Source: Blastocystis sp. Blastoise
Lineage: Eukaryota > Protista > Bigyra: Opalinata
Reading direction: 5' to 3'
DNA length: 64,000 nucleotides
NCBI GenBank assembly: GCA_039096225.1
Contig: JBBPEB010000009.1
Span: 1,488,001 to 1,552,000 of the forward strand
Shown: positions 39,352-60,771 of the stretch, one piece after another
Layout of the letters: each line of letters opens with the position of its first letter
Position numbering within the stretch: the first letter of the stretch is position 1
Program-made: the position numbers and the translations under genes
The notes under the pieces: generated by a model
What the model was told of the DNA's origin: nothing
The model's database searches: none
The model's input: only the letters and a program-made list of their open reading frames with translations

Positions 39352-39916
39352 ATAAATTAGATATATATATATATATATATTAATTTAGCATAGCGTTTAC
39401 ACAAAATTCATATATTATAATATATATATGTTATGTGTGAATATTGTTATTTATTTGTTTGTTTTTATTTTATTTTTTATTTAAATTCTAACAGCATTTT
39501 TTATATAATAAATTTATGTAGTCTTGATTGACTATCATAGACCATAATTTTTCGTTATAAATGATTAAAATATAAAAAATTTGATAGAGTAATATTTATT
39601 TATGTATATCAAAAATATATGGTTTTAAATACTAAAAATCATTGTATTCTATTAATTTCTCTATAATTTACTAGATATATTTTGTGTATATAACATATAG
39701 AAATAATTTATCTTTTTTCACTGGTGACAACAAATGCGTAATAAATAATTTTATATTTTTATTAAATACTTAAATATTATTCAAATAAAAAGATGAAACA
39801 TTTTAATTAAATACATAATCTTTTAACAAATAAAAATTAAAAAAAAAATGGAGTTAGATATGATTATTAAAAAATAAAACTATATTATTTCAGAATATAT
39901 ACTACACTATTCATGT

Positions 39917-41491
39917 TTATATATCTCTTCCCCATACTTCATATTCTTCTACTGTAAACTTATTTTCATAATTAGGATTATTAGTATTCACAAATAATGA
40001 ATATTTTTGAGGAGTATTCACTTCAGAATAAGAATATGCATAACAATATGAATTAGTATTACTATGACATTGATCAGATATATGGATATCATGACCGCCA
40101 AATGTTGGACCATAAGAAGATTTACAATATATACCAAAACTTCTATTACTACATGTATAATCATATTGAATAGGAGGAATACCATGTTCATTACTTAAGG
40201 TAAATAAAAATTCTTTAGAATAAGGTTTATAATCTATATTAACCATATTGAATAATCATATAAAATAAATAAATATACAACTTGAACTATCCCAATCTTG
40301 ATTTGTATATCCTCCAAATATATTAATATGATCATCATGACCTATATGCTTAATTATAGTTACTGTTTCTCCTTTTTTATCACAATATTTATGAAATTCA
40401 CTTGCAGAATAATTATGTTCGCGTGCTCTATATATATATTATTATAATATAATAAAATAACAACTATACCTAAATAATAATTTCCATTTCTTTTCTTTAC
40501 CAAGCCAATTTACTAATGGCTTTGTAAGTTCTTTATCAATAATATTCGATTGCTTGAACCATCCTGAAATTATTGCTTCTTTAGCAGCTTCCTTTCCTTT
40601 TTCACCAAATAATTCAATCATTTCTTTCTCTAATAATTCTTTATTAATATCACTTATCTTTTCTTCTTCTATATCTATAGTTCCATTATTCACATATTCA
40701 GTAATATATTCAATATATTCATATTTCTTATTCATATATAAACTATTATCAATAGGATTATAATTGATAAATCCATTATCACAATTCTTAACATAATTAT
40801 TCCATAATCCATTCTTTATCAAATATTCTTTAATAATATCATTCTTATTTCCATTAATAATCAAAGAAACTTCATCTCCTTCTTCATATTTCTTCATCTT
40901 TCGATCTCTTCTTATTCTACAATCTATTAATTCTATAGGAATCACTAAGCCACAAAATTCAAATAAATTCAATAAATCTAATTGCTGCTCATAAGAAAAA
41001 GAATCAAAATCTACTTTCTTTCCATTCAAATAATCCAATAAAATATAAATAGCGGCATCATTTCCAGGATAATCAAGATATATTGTTCCATCATTTGTCT
41101 TAAGTTCCTCATCACGTTGATCATCTATAAAAGAACCTCTTAAAGTATCTAAAACAGATTTCGATATTTGAAATACAGGACCATTATTGGTAAATCTAAT
41201 GAAATCCATATCATTATCATCTTTGTCATTCATACCCATCTTTACATCTTCATAATTATTACTTTCATAAACACATTTCTTTTCAAATTCATTTTCTTCG
41301 CCTTCCTTTTCAATACAATCATCTCCAATATGTCTAATAAGTCTATTAATTGACACTCCAGAATGTATACCAAGATTGATCACTGATCCAAATACATTAA
41401 CTACATCTTTCATCAATTCTTCATATACATTGATATCCTCCTTCAATCTATTGAATTTATCAATATCAAATAACACCTTTTCTTTCACCAT
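39917..41491 (-). CDS. BTB-BTB-TLDc protein D (3 exons)
   Basis: ATG 41491; the N-terminal ~300 aa are nearly identical to gene A; the TLDc domain ends VEEYEVWGRDI*. Confidence 0.9.
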
Positions 41492-41705
41492 TTTCAAAAA
41501 GAACAATAAGAAAAAACTGGAATAAACAAAAGTTTTTATTTTTTTGGATAATTGGGAAATTGATAAAAATTCTGAGAAGAATTCAATTTTTTCATGAAAA
41601 TAAATTCATAGTTTTTTCATTAGATTATCATACATACATATTTATATTCATTGTTTATTACATTTCTATTGAATAATATATGAAATTCTTATAATAAATA
41701 ATAAT

Positions 41706-44517
41706 ATGAGTGATAACACAAACAGCAAAGTACAAAATAAGCAGGAAATGAGTAATTAATTATAAGTATCATAAAATAATCTCTTAGTAGCCTTCATATT
41801 CCAAGATGAAGTTCATGTAGACGTTCCGTTGGCTATAATAAAGAAATATCCAAAATGTCTCCTCTCAGTAATCTACGAGAATCCAAACAATTATTTAAAT
41901 GATGAAAATTCTTATTACATTGATTGTCCATGTCTTTCTATTAACACACTATTACAATTTATAGCAAAAGAGATCTTCTTAGAGTCCATGACAATTAACG
42001 ATATTATAAATATGTATAAAACGATACAATTCTATTTTACTGATAAACATCCTGATTTTGAAGGAAAAGTATTTAGTTACCTTGTCAATCAATTTTATAT
42101 GGTTTTAAAACAAACTGGCTGTGAAATGTATATATATATATATATTAGAATATATTATTATATGTTTTATTTTTATTTTTTTAGAGAGAGAATTGATTTC
42201 AATAATTTCTTTTATCTACGTATGAAGAGTATATACTATAATTATATAAAGAAATTACTATTATTTTTATATTATAGATATTTTTACCGATGAAATAAAT
42301 CTATTATTTCAAAAATATTGTGAATTATTTGATTTTTTTAATGTAAAATATATAGATTTGAATTGTATATATTTATAATTATATATAGTAATAATATTAT
42401 AAATAAAATATATAAATTATATAATAAAAATTCTATAATAATATTTCTGTAAATATATAAAGATCAATTTTCTGAAGATATTCCTTATGAATATATATAT
42501 CCCTCTAATTTACAAGAATTATTTCCTAAACTTCAATGCTATTACATTTCCTGTAAGCATATATTATGAATATTTTATATATGTATATTTTTTATTTATG
42601 AATGATTCTTATATATATATAATAGTTGATTATTATCCGGAATTAGAATGTTTTCGCGTTCCTCCTTCTGATTTTCATTATAATGAATTATATTCAATAT
42701 ATAAACAAAACTATTATAATAAGGGCAAGTTATTACTATTTAACACATATTTAAAAAGATTAACTGAAAATAAATTATTAAAATTAGCTAAAAAACAGCT
42801 AGTTGTATATACAAAAATAGATTTTTGGAAACAATTAAAAAATAGATATCAAAAAGTGGATGAACATTTATATAAGGGAACTCTTCTTCAAGAATATGAT
42901 AATGCTGAAGATAATGAATATAAACCAGATTTATATGTAGAATGTTATTCAAATTATTCCCGTAAATATAATAAACATAATAAAAAACAATTAAATGATA
43001 AATATTCTTATTCTATTTCTTTTTCTTTTCAAAATGAACAAGGTATTCTATATATTTAGATTTTTTATATTTATTCTATTTATTATTATTATTATTATTA
43101 TATATATTTATATTTATATTTATATTTATATTTATATTTATATTTATATTTATATTTATATTTATATTTATATTTATATTTATAGAATTTCCTAATGAAT
43201 TAATTGGACTACTCACTTTTTCGTATAATAATATAAATATTAATATGATAATAAATAAAACATTATTTTCTTTATATACAATTATATATATTATAATTAT
43301 ATATAGAAAGAATTATTATGTAGATAAAATAGCATCTTATATATGTAATATACCCAAATGTAAACAATTAAATATAATTCATTGTCTTATGCCTCATAAA
43401 AAAGAAGAAGAAAATAAATGTATCTCTGATTCACTATCTATACCTGCTTTATTATCTACATTAAACAATGGAATATTTGATAATTTAGAAACGATGAATA
43501 TATCTACTTGTATATATATATAATATTGTTTTTTATTAAACTCCACAAAAATGAATTTATTGTTTTTTGCTATTTTTATTTCTTTTTTTATTATTTATAT
43601 TTTATTTTTATATTTTTTTTAGTTTTTATATTTTTATATATTTTTTTATTTTATTTTTATATATTTTTTTTATTTTTTTATTTTTAATTTTTAATTTTAT
43701 TTTTATTCTTATATATTTATATAGTTATAGAAAATGTATCATATGAAGAATATAAAGATTTATTTGTGACAATAATATATTCACATACATTTCCAAATTT
43801 GACAACATTATCTATTTTTTGTATATATATATACTGTTTACATATATACAGTATCTAATATTGATATATAGAATCTAGCATATATATATATATATATATA
43901 GATAATATGGAAGATTCAACTCAATATATATTTTATAAATCTTTATTTTTATCATTTTCAAGAGATCATTATCCTCATTTACATATATTAAATATATCAT
44001 CATATTATGCAAATAATGATTCAGAATCATTAGTAGCATCAATGAAGGATATATATATATTATTTGATAGTTCACTCTTTGAGTTAATAGACACAATAAT
44101 TCTTGATGATATTTTTCAGTATTATATCATAAAATATAGTAAAGAATTTGTAGATGTACTTATTAATGCATATAAAAAACATCCATTTACTCTAAAATGT
44201 ATATATATAAATATATGTATTCATTTATTATGCATATATATTTATTTATTTATATAAAGTAACATCGTTGAATTTGAATAAATATTCAATATATTGTCAA
44301 CAATTATTAGAATCAAATATTCTATTGTGTGAAGAATTAGAATTAAACAGTATTTTATTATTTATTCGACGCATATAAATATATTTTATCATCTATATAT
44401 ATATATATATATTCTATAAAGCTGCCTCTATCTCTGATTTTGGTTCCAAAGAAGTATTACCTGATCTTTCTAATACTCATTTCAACAAAATAGATTTTAG
44501 TATATATTAAGATTAAT

Positions 44518-44596
<79 letters not shown>

Positions 44597-46379
44597 TTAA
44601 TATTTTCTTTTATTAATCTTAATATACATATATATATAGTTATTGACAGTTATTTTTCAAAGAAAATTGAGCAACAATTTTTAGATAGAATAAAAACGAT
44701 AAATTGTCATAATCTTGAAGAAATTCATATTATTTTTAAAAGTATTTGATTTTTATTATCAATTCTATTTATTTATTTATTTATTTATTTATTTATAGTC
44801 CATGACTCAATAAATGAAAATTATAATAATATATTTCAAATGATTAAATCAATTGATTTTATTTCATTATTTTCTTGTCTGAATTATAATACAGTTACTC
44901 GTTTATCAATAGATACTTCTTGTATATATAAATATTTATATATATTCTTAAATTATTTTTTTACCATTTTATTATTTAGATTATACACTAAATTGAATTT
45001 CTATATAAATAATAAATATATTAATATATAAATTCTATAATGTAATTGTTTTCTGATATATATAGCTGCAAGAGAATCATTTTCTTTGAATGATGATAAT
45101 AATCAACTAGCCAACAATGAAGATGTTATTTCTTTTCAACAATGTTTAACGTTATTTTCCTCGAATATTAAATTTCTTAGAATGAAATGTATTACTATTC
45201 TATACTCTATTTTTAAAAATATTATTCTACTTTTTTTTATATTTATTTAAAAATTTTCATCAATATTATTATAATGTAGATTCATTCATTATATATATAT
45301 ATAGATAGCTCTTTATGTGATATGATTTATGTATTACAAAATTTTATTGAATTACCCCTTTGGGAAAATATAGAAAAATTATCAATATGTTTTTGTATAT
45401 ATATTTATTATATTATATTATTTATATACAATAATTAGTATAGATAATAATGATTTAAAGGATATATTGGATCAATTTATTCGTTATTTTAATAACCATA
45501 AATTATTAAAACTCAAACAGTTATCAATAGGAATTTTTCGTAAATAATCTGTTTATTTAATATATATTATTGTTATTATAGATTTCTATCTATTCACATT
45601 AATAATGATTATTATAGTAATAATAAATATATTATTCTTATATATATATAGCTTTAATAGATTCAATACAGCCAATTTTGTCATACATAGAGTTTATTCA
45701 AAATAATGCATCTCTCTCTTTTCCTAAATTAGACTCTTTTTATATTAATTTCTTATTTAGTCGAGATTGTATGTTATGAATATATCATTTGAATTATACC
45801 ATAAATATATTATTCACTATTTTGTCAATTCAATATATAATACTATCTATAATCTTTATTATATATATATATAGACTCTAATCATGAACTAGATGAGTAT
45901 AATATATTTAAATCCTTTCCTTCCTTCTCCTTTTATTTACATATACCTATAACTGAAATATATATGCATTCACAACTAGTAGAATCAAGAGAAACTTCGT
46001 ATGAATATTGTCAATATATATATAATCAATTACAGATGGAATATACAAAAACTGTTTCTACATTACATATAAGTATATAGATATATCGTATGATAATTAG
46101 ATATTATTTAATACATAAAAATATATTTATACTAATATATAGTTATGCAAAATAATGATTATTTTGATGAAATAATAAATTTGATTGTTAATGGAAAATT
46201 CCCATTTTTAAAAGGACTTGAAGTATTATTTTGTGGTATCTATATATATGTATTATTGATTATATTATATACTATATATAGCTGAATATAAAATAGATGA
46301 AATTAAACAATTATTAAATAATTATATGAAAACATCAAATCATTGGTTTATCTTTTTTATTAAAGAATCTTTATTTTAA
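41706..46379 (+). CDS. Divergent BTB/POZ-like + LRR-like repeat protein (many exons)
   Basis: MSDNTNSKVQNKQEM-IAFIFQDEVHVDVPLAIIKKYPKCLLSVIY...NSYYIDCP is a clear KCTD-type BTB. EDIPYEYIYPSNLQELFPKLQ matches [21 protein letters not shown] of copies 1-3. Ends ...NGKFPFLKGLEV...KESLF TAA. Confidence 0.8.
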
Positions 46380-47018
46380 AATATATATATTTATAGTATA
46401 ATATATTCGTTTTTGATGATAATTATATGTATTGTTATTATCAAGTTTTTATTGTTTTGTTATAGATTTAATATATATATTAATTATAGTTTTTGTTTGA
46501 TTATTTATTTTATTTGTATACTTTAAACAATAATTTTATATTCTATTTATTTGTTAATTATATTATTTTGTTAATTTTGATATATTTTGAGAATAATTTA
46601 GGTTCATATTATTTTTTATGTTGATTCTAAAATAAGAATAATATATTTGTTAGAAAATTTATCAAAATACAATGATAACCCTATTTACAAGAATATTATT
46701 ATTTTATTGTTATAGCAGTTGCTTAATTTAGGAGTTATATAGTTTTACATTTTTTTTATTCGCTTTATCAAATAATATTAATAAAAAAAGTATAGTTTAA
46801 AAAACAAACATAACAAAACTGAATGAATATTTTGAAATAATGAATAGGTGTAGTAATAATAAATTTTTTTAATATAATGATAAGTTCAAATTCATTTTTT
46901 AAATTTTTAATATATATATATTTCATAATAAATAGGCCAAAATAGAATATAAAGAATTACAATAAATATAGGATAATATTTTTTAGTTTTCTTTATATAT
47001 AATGATATACATATAATA

Positions 47019-50000
47019 TTATTTATAAGGATGTGAATTGAATGCTTCTGGAGAAGGAAGATTATCTATTGATATATCAATACTTTCAAATACTTCATTA
47101 ATACTATCTTCATCAAGATTAATATCATCTATATTAGTATTATATAATGAATATGTTGTTACATCTTGTTTAGAATCATTTTGATTATTGTGTTCCTGAA
47201 TATATTCACTATTATTTTGATTTTGTTTTTGATTATTAGCTAGAAAAGGACTAAACATAGCACGTGCTGCATCCTTTACGATTGTTTTAAATCCTTTCTT
47301 TTTATTATTATAATTATTATCATTATATTTATTATTTCTATTATAATTAGAAGGCGACGATGATTCTTCACTATTATTGTTTTTATTATTATTATTATTA
47401 TTTCTATTATAATTAGAAGGAGAAGACAATTCTTCACTATTATTATTATTATTATTATTATTTATATTACTAAATTTATTATTTCTATTATAATTAGAAG
47501 GTGAACAATTATCTTCACTATTATTATTAGTAGTAGTAGTAGTATTTCTAATATAATTAGAAGGTGAAGATAATTCTTCACTATTATTATTATTATTATT
47601 ATTTATAATATGATTAGATGGTGAAGAATTATCTTTATTATTAATAATAATATTATTATTATTATTATTATCATTATAAATAATACTATTATAAGAATCT
47701 TTATCATTATCATGTTTCTCTTTAATACTATTATTCTTTATCTGTTCAATACTATGAATAGATTTCTTATAACTTGAGTGATGAGATGAATGTGAAGTTG
47801 ATAATTCATGTTTTTCTTTAGAAATAGAAGATATATGAGATCGTTGAATAGAATCATTAGATATACCATATTCATGATATTTTGAATCCTTATTAATAGT
47901 ATCGAATGATGAGGATTGTTCTAATTTACGTATATGACTTGAAGAAAGCTTAGACGATACTTTTGATGTATGATTATTTGATTTCGATTCACTTTTATTA
48001 TCAGTATTATTATTAGAAGAAGAATGAATATCATTGGATAATTCAGGTATATATTTATTTATTTTAATATTATCTTTATTTTTTGAAGAGTATGATGATG
48101 ATGATATGGATTCAATTATTCCATTCTTTCCAGAGTTACTTTGATTATTCTGTGAATTTCCGTGAATATTTACTTTTATTGAATTCTTTGGAGAGTGATT
48201 CTCGTGTGATTGAATAGTGTTATTCGTAATTTTATTATTAATATCATTTTGAGAATTGCTATATGATTTTATATTAATATCATCGTCTTTTGAAATATGT
48301 GAAGATTGTTCAGAAGAATAAGAAGAATAAGAAGAATAAGAAGAATAACTTTCATTATCATCATAATCAGAATAAGAATTTGTAGAAACAGGTAGTGTAG
48401 TAGGTAGAGTAGGTATAGTAGTAGGAGGAACCATAGTAGTAGGTAGAGTAGTAGGAGGAACTATAGTTGGTATAGAAGTAGGAGGAACTATAGTTGGTAT
48501 AGAAGTAGGAGGAACTATAGTTGGTATAGAAGTAGGAGGAACTATAGTAGGAGGAATTATAGTAGTAGGAGGAACTATAGTTGGTATAATAGTAGGAGAA
48601 ACTATAGTAGTAGGAATTATAGTTGGTATAGTAATAGAAGGAGGAATTATAGGATTTATTGGAAACATAGAAGGAGAGGAAGAAAAAGATGTTACTGGAG
48701 GAGCTAGAGAAGGAATTCCGATAGAAGGTGATAATGGAGGAGTTAAAGAAGGATTTTTTATAGGATTAGGTAAATGAGGAGTTAATGAAGGAATTCCTAA
48801 AGGAGGTTTTCCTAAAGGAGGAGATATTGTAGATGTTCCTAAAGGAGGAGATATTGTAGGAATTCCTAAAGGAGGAGATATTGTAGGAATTCCTGAAGGA
48901 GGTGTTAATGAAGAAATTCCTAAAGAAGGTGTTTTTAAAGGAGGAGATAATGAAGGAATTCCTTCTTTAGGAATTCCTAAAGGAGGTGATAATGTAGGAA
49001 TTCCTAAAGAAGGAGGTGATAATGTAGGAATTCCTAAAGAAGGTGTTTTTAAAGGAGGAGATAATGAAGGAATTCCTGAAGGAGGAGCCAATGTAGGAAT
49101 CTGTGAAATATTATTAGGAGTACCTAATGGATTATTTAATTGATTATTTAATGGATTATTTAATGGATTATTTAATGGATTATTTAATTTATTTAATGGA
49201 TTATTTAATGGATTATTTAATGGATTATTTAATGGAATTGAATGCGTATTTAATGGTGTATTAATAGAAGGAGGTGAAGGAGAATATAATAAAGTATCTA
49301 TAATAATATAAGAAATAAATAGAGTTCGATAAGAAAAACTATTAATATATATATACTATTATTGGAAGAATGATTTGAAGAATGACTACTTATAGAATGT
49401 TGAGAATTTGATGTTAATACATTTGTATTGATATTATTATATTGTTGATCATTTAAATTAGTTGCTGAATTAGTTGATACATATGATATTGACTTTAATT
49501 GTATATTATTATTATTATTATTATAATTATAATTATTATTATTATTATTAATATTATTATCATTTATGTCAATACCTAAATCAGCCATTAATGATTCTAA
49601 ATCAGTTGTTAATACTTCTTGTTCAGGTATAGAATTCTATATAATATATATAATTTTAAAATATAATATCAAAATTATAAATTAGATAACTTTAAATACA
49701 TAACTATTTTAATATAATAATGTTTAATCATTAATTATTTATAATTAACGAAAAATAAAACTATATATACCGATACTATTGGTTTTCTTAGATAAAGAGT
49801 AATATTCTGAACAGGATTATAATCACATAATCGTTTCTGTATATCTAATTGTTGATCATTAAAAAATAAGCATTCATCTTGAATTAAAATTCCTGATTGT
49901 TGAAATAACTATGAAATAATATAATAATTTTATTTGATAATATTAAAAAAATATATTATTTATATAAATACAGGTTTTATAAATGTTAGAAGATTTAAAA

Positions 50001-50375
50001 TAGAAATATCTGATGTACATTGATGATTTCTTTTTACATTTCCATAATAAATACAAAGAGATATTTGATTTTGATTTTGATTTTGATTGAAGGAAGAACG
50101 TCTCACAATATAAACAGAACAACCATAATATAAACCAGCAGACTGCATTGTACCTTGTAAGTCAATATAGTGATTATTGAAATACCATAGTTGATCATAA
50201 ACAGGAATGTAGTGTGTGGCCTTTATTTCATGTTAGTATGTATTTAATAGAAATAAGTAAAAAAAAATACTTCAATTTGTTTCATATAAATTAGAACTGG
50301 ATCATTCCAGTCATATACTTGAAGATAAGAGTTATTCTGATCAATAACAACTATTATATATGATAGAGAACTCAT
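47019..50375 (-). CDS. Protein with two tandem ubiquitin-like domains and a Pro/Thr/Ser/Asn-rich tail
   Basis: Spliced exons IE-ATHYIPVYDQLWYFNNHYIDLQGTMQSAGLYYGCSVYIVRR and LFQQSGILIQDECLFFNDQQLDIQKRLCDYNPVQNITLYLRK align by eye to ubiquitin [43 protein letters not shown]. Confidence 0.7.
48410..49100 (-). repeat. Coding tandem repeats (GIPxLSPP-type; TIVPPTSIP 27-bp unit)
   Basis: Visible in ORF 47019..49091 and as repeated ggaggaactatagttggtatagaagta on the + strand. Confidence 0.85.
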
Positions 50376-51130
50376 TGTTAAGGATAAGAATAAAATAGAT
50401 AGTTTTTTCTTCTTAATATGTAGTTAAAATTTCTGAAAGAGATAGTTTTTTTTCCAAATAAATTACTGATTATTCAGAAATAATGACTTGCTAATCAAAT
50501 ATAATCGTGAATATTTCTTAGAAAAAGAATTTGTGTTTCATTGAGAAAAAAACTGTTTTTTTTTTAAATTTACTCATTGATTGCTCTGTTGATATGATGA
50601 AATCATTGATAATTTATTTTTTAATTGTTAAAAGTAATATATTTTTCTATACTTTATATAATAAATGGTACAAATATTTTAGTTGATGGTGTGTCAAAAG
50701 TTTATTGTTTAAGATACGAGTTTTTTGTTTGATTAACACAATCAACGCAAGATTTCAGTAATAGTAGATGTCTTTATTACGTTTATTTATCAATAAATGG
50801 TGTCATTATATTTTTTAATTAGGTTTAAAAGAGTTTTTATGCTAGTTCATATACGTAAGCTACCATAAAGGACTGTGAGAAGAAACAGTGATTCATTCAT
50901 AGTATTGTTACTTGTTTTTTCTTTTTGAAATTTCAAAAGAGGAGAATGAATGTATTATTAATATTTCCAGTTATCATTAATACAACCATAATTTTATAGA
51001 AATAAAATATAAATAGAAAATAATCAACATATAAAAAAAACAAACAATAAAAAAATATATATAAATATATAAAATATATGAATGAATAAAATAGATCCTA
51101 AATAAAAGAAAATATATGTTATAAAATAGT

Positions 51131-52633
51131 TTATTCAAAGACTTCAGCAAGTTGATCAGCAGGTAAGTCTAATTGGTCCATTTTCTTATTATATTGAGCA
51201 ATAGATTTTTGTCTAGCTAAATATTCACCACCTTTCTTCTTCTTTTCAATAGCACGTTCCTATAGGGAATAATAAGTATAATAATAAGTGTAATAATAAG
51301 TATAATAATAAGTATAATAATAAGAATAATAATTATAATAAGAATAATAAAATAATAATAAAATAATAATGATAATAAATAAATTAATAATAAGAATAAT
51401 ATACTATAATATAGAGTGAAAAAATAATAATAATAATAACATAACATCTATATACTTCATTAGGTGAGATATACATAGGATTTTGATAAAGTGTTTGACC
51501 AGCAAAACTTTCTTTAAATATACGTATAGGATTTAAACAGAAACGAGGTCCAATTTCAACTAATTCACAATTTTCACCTTTTTTTTCTAATTTTTGAACA
51601 TCTTTTTCTGTTTCTACTTTATCTTTAATTTGATAATTTCTAACCCATATTCTATTATCAACAATAAAGAAAGATAATACATGATCTACAAAAGGTTTTG
51701 ATTTAGGATGTCCTTTAGGAACAGCATATATTTGTTTAAATAATTCTTTAATTAATTTCCATTGAGGTTTTGTTTCAAATTGATTATCAAATACTAATAT
51801 ATGACGACTTCCTTTCATACAATTACCTACTAACTTTAATTCTTCAGTTGTATATACTATATATATATATTATTATTATTAGTAATATTCTATTGAACTG
51901 TAGTATAACAAATATATAAATACATAATTAAAATAATAATAATAAATAATTTTAAAATAATAATAATAAATATAATAAAGAAACAAAATAAATAAAATAA
52001 TAAATATACAATTTTGTACTAAGAATTTAACTGAAGGACCCTGTTCAGTTGCACTTGCCCATAAATATACATCTTGATGTTTTCTAGTCTATATATATAT
52101 ATAAGTATAATAATTAATTGATAAAAAATAATATTCTATATATATATAATTATAATAATTAATTCATAATAAACAATTATTATAATAAATAATATTCTAT
52201 ATATACTTCAAAAAATAAGCAAGTATTACAATTTTTAATATCAGCAATTTCATTAATTGTACTAAATCCACGTTTGATATCAAGCTAGATAAGTTTTAGA
52301 ATAAATAAAAATATAATAAATTAAAATAATATTAAAAAATATATATATAATCAAATCAACATAACAAATCTACAAATTTCTACAAAAAAAAAACAATTAT
52401 CAATAATATACCTTAATATCTGTCTTAAATTGAGGTAATAAATCTTCAAAATCAAGAAGTAAATGTCGTCCACGAGAAGTAATACCTCTAGAAGCAAGAA
52501 TAAGAACACGTTGTTTGTTTACATATTTTGTTTTCTTTTCTTGAGTTAATTGTCTTTCTTCAGTAGGAGCTGCAGTAGCTTTTTTACCAATTTGATTCAA
52601 TAAAGCCTTCTTACTCTTCAATTTATTATTCAT
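51131..52633 (-). CDS. BRIX1: Ribosome biogenesis protein Brix1/Brx1
   Basis: NKQRVLILASRGITSRGRHLLLDF, GPSVKFLVQN, NCMKGSRHILVFD, HPKSKPFVDHV, IWVRNYQI, LVEIGPRFCLNPIRIF. Confidence 0.95.
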
Positions 52634-52721
52634 TTTAATCACCTTAAAACAGCAAAAATCAAATCAAAATAAATAGTCAACTTTTAGAATATCTCCATTC
52701 AATTCTTAACAAAAATGAATG

Positions 52722-52788
52722 CCATGGTTATTTGTAATACTATGGGAATATAATGTTTTTTACCACGGTTCTATGGATTATGGGAATA
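52722..52788. promoter_or_regulatory. Duplicated bipartite motif in the Brix1/SAC3 divergent promoter
   Basis: CCATGGTT 52722 + TATGGGAATA 52741, then CCACGGTT 52763 + TATGGGAATA 52779. Confidence 0.45.
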
Positions 52789-52942
52789 ACTTTTTTTTTT
52801 TACTATTTTATATTGATTTCTGTTTACTACACTGACTCTTGGATTTCTTTTTCATAAAACTACGATCTAGCATATTCAAAAAACTATTTCTATTCTATAA
52901 AACTATAATTATTTCGTATCGAACGAGATTATCTTCTTTACA

Positions 52943-58890
<5,948 letters not shown>

Positions 58891-59678
58891 TTTTTATTAT
58901 TATTATTATTATTTAGTATTTTTAGTATTTTTAGTATTTTTAGTATTTTTAGTATTTTTATTATTTTTATTATTGTTTTTATTATTATATATTTTTTGTT
59001 TTGTTTTTTTTTTTTATTATTTTTATTACTTTTATTATTTTTGTTCGTGTTGGGTTACTTCTGAAAATGGCTGAAAAGCTCTGAATTGGTCAAGTGACGT
59101 GTTAAGTAAACTATGTTATATATATATTTATATATATATATATCTAAATATATATACATTGATTGTATTTTGTCACCCACGTGACTAGTTGTACATCTAT
59201 TTATATTTTTTTTGAAAAGAAAATAAATTTTTAGATGTATGATATAGGGATATTATATATATATATATATATATATATAATAATAATAATCATATAGAAT
59301 CAAAAGAAATCTTGTTAGAAAAAATATAGATTATATATATACTTTCTTTCTTTTTTTTTGATTCTAGATATATATATATATGAAATGATTCAATCTTATA
59401 TATATTTATATATACATTTCTATATCTTTCTCCTTTTCTATGCCCTCTTTTCATTTGATTGGATCCATCCAGAATTGTGTTTATTTGTGTTTTGTCTTTT
59501 ATTTTGTTCTTTACTTATTTTATATATATATATATATGTATATGTATTCATGTATGTATATATATTCATTTTAATTCTCTCTTTAATAAATTTTTTTTGC
59601 ATATATTATTTTTGTGATTTTTCTTAATAATAAATTAATTCGTTTATTATTATTATTATATATACATATATTTTACAG

Positions 59679-60471
59679 AATTGTACCCGTTCCATTTTTA
59701 TTGGATATTCCGGAATACTATCCCTCTTTCAGTTGTAACACTAGTGTTATAAGTGAGTACAATGAGCGTACAATGAGTATCGATACAGATGTTAACGATA
59801 AAGATACAAATATCTTTTCTGTGTGCTGTGAACAACATTCTATGGACATAGAAAACTCTCAATTGAAGGATAATAATAATGGTAATAATATTGATATGCT
59901 TCCTTCTCGTTCATTATCTACATCATCATATATCGCTCCTACTCCTGTTATCCGTATGAAGAATAATAATAGTAATAATAGTAATAATAGTAATACTATT
60001 ACTAATAATAATAGTAATAATAGTAATCCTATTACTAATAATAATAGTAATAATAGTAATCCTATTACTAATAATAATAATGATAATAGTAATACTATTA
60101 CTAATAATACTATAGATATTACTCCTGCTTCTACTCCTAATAATGATAATAGTAATAAGAATCTTGATAATCAAGATTATGATGATGATAATAACGATAA
60201 TGATGATGATAATGATGATGATAATAACGATAATGATGATAATAATTATGATGATAATTATGATGATGATAATGATGATAATGATGATAATGATGATAAT
60301 GATGATAATAATAATAATGATGATACTAATTATGATGATAACAATGATAATTATGATGATAATAATAATGATGATAATGATAATTATGAAGAAAACACAT
60401 ATGATGATAATGATGATAATAATTATGATAATAATAATGAAATTATTGAAATCTCAAGTGATAATGAATAA
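59679..60471 (+). CDS. Asn/Asp-rich terminal exon, probably of the SAC3/GANP gene
   Basis: Acceptor ttttacag at 59678 is in phase with the donor at 58872 (KYNKI-IVPVPFLLDIPEYY); open to TAA 60471. Confidence 0.5.
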
Positions 60472-60771
60472 TACAAATCCTTACTTATTACTCTATTCAC
60501 AAAAACAAACAAAAATTCTCTTTTGAAAATTTCCTCCTCTTCTTTTGCTTTAAATTTTTTTTCTATTCTTTTATATTTTTCTCCTATTTTAACTTTTTAT
60601 CAATTTTTATAGCTTATTTGTACTAATTTAGTTTCTTTTTAAATACACAAACTCTATTTTCTATATTCATAAAAAAAAACACTTATAAACAAAACAAAAA
60701 ACATATGAATGAAACTGCAAATTAATAAACAAACCCCAATAATATAATATAAATAAGAAAACAATGTTTTT

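Noticed and set aside
48410-49100. Regular repeats resembling a CRISPR array
   Set aside because: They are in-frame coding repeats without unique spacers, in a eukaryotic gene.
50590-50950. Box C-like ATGATGA and a palindrome suggesting a snoRNA
   Set aside because: No box D or terminal stem at a suitable distance.
59059-59090. Three CTGAA units at 10-bp spacing (step-type heat-shock element or snoRNA D boxes) and nearby E-box-like motifs
   Set aside because: No C box was found, and the stretch is explained more simply as a minus-strand exon with proper splice sites.
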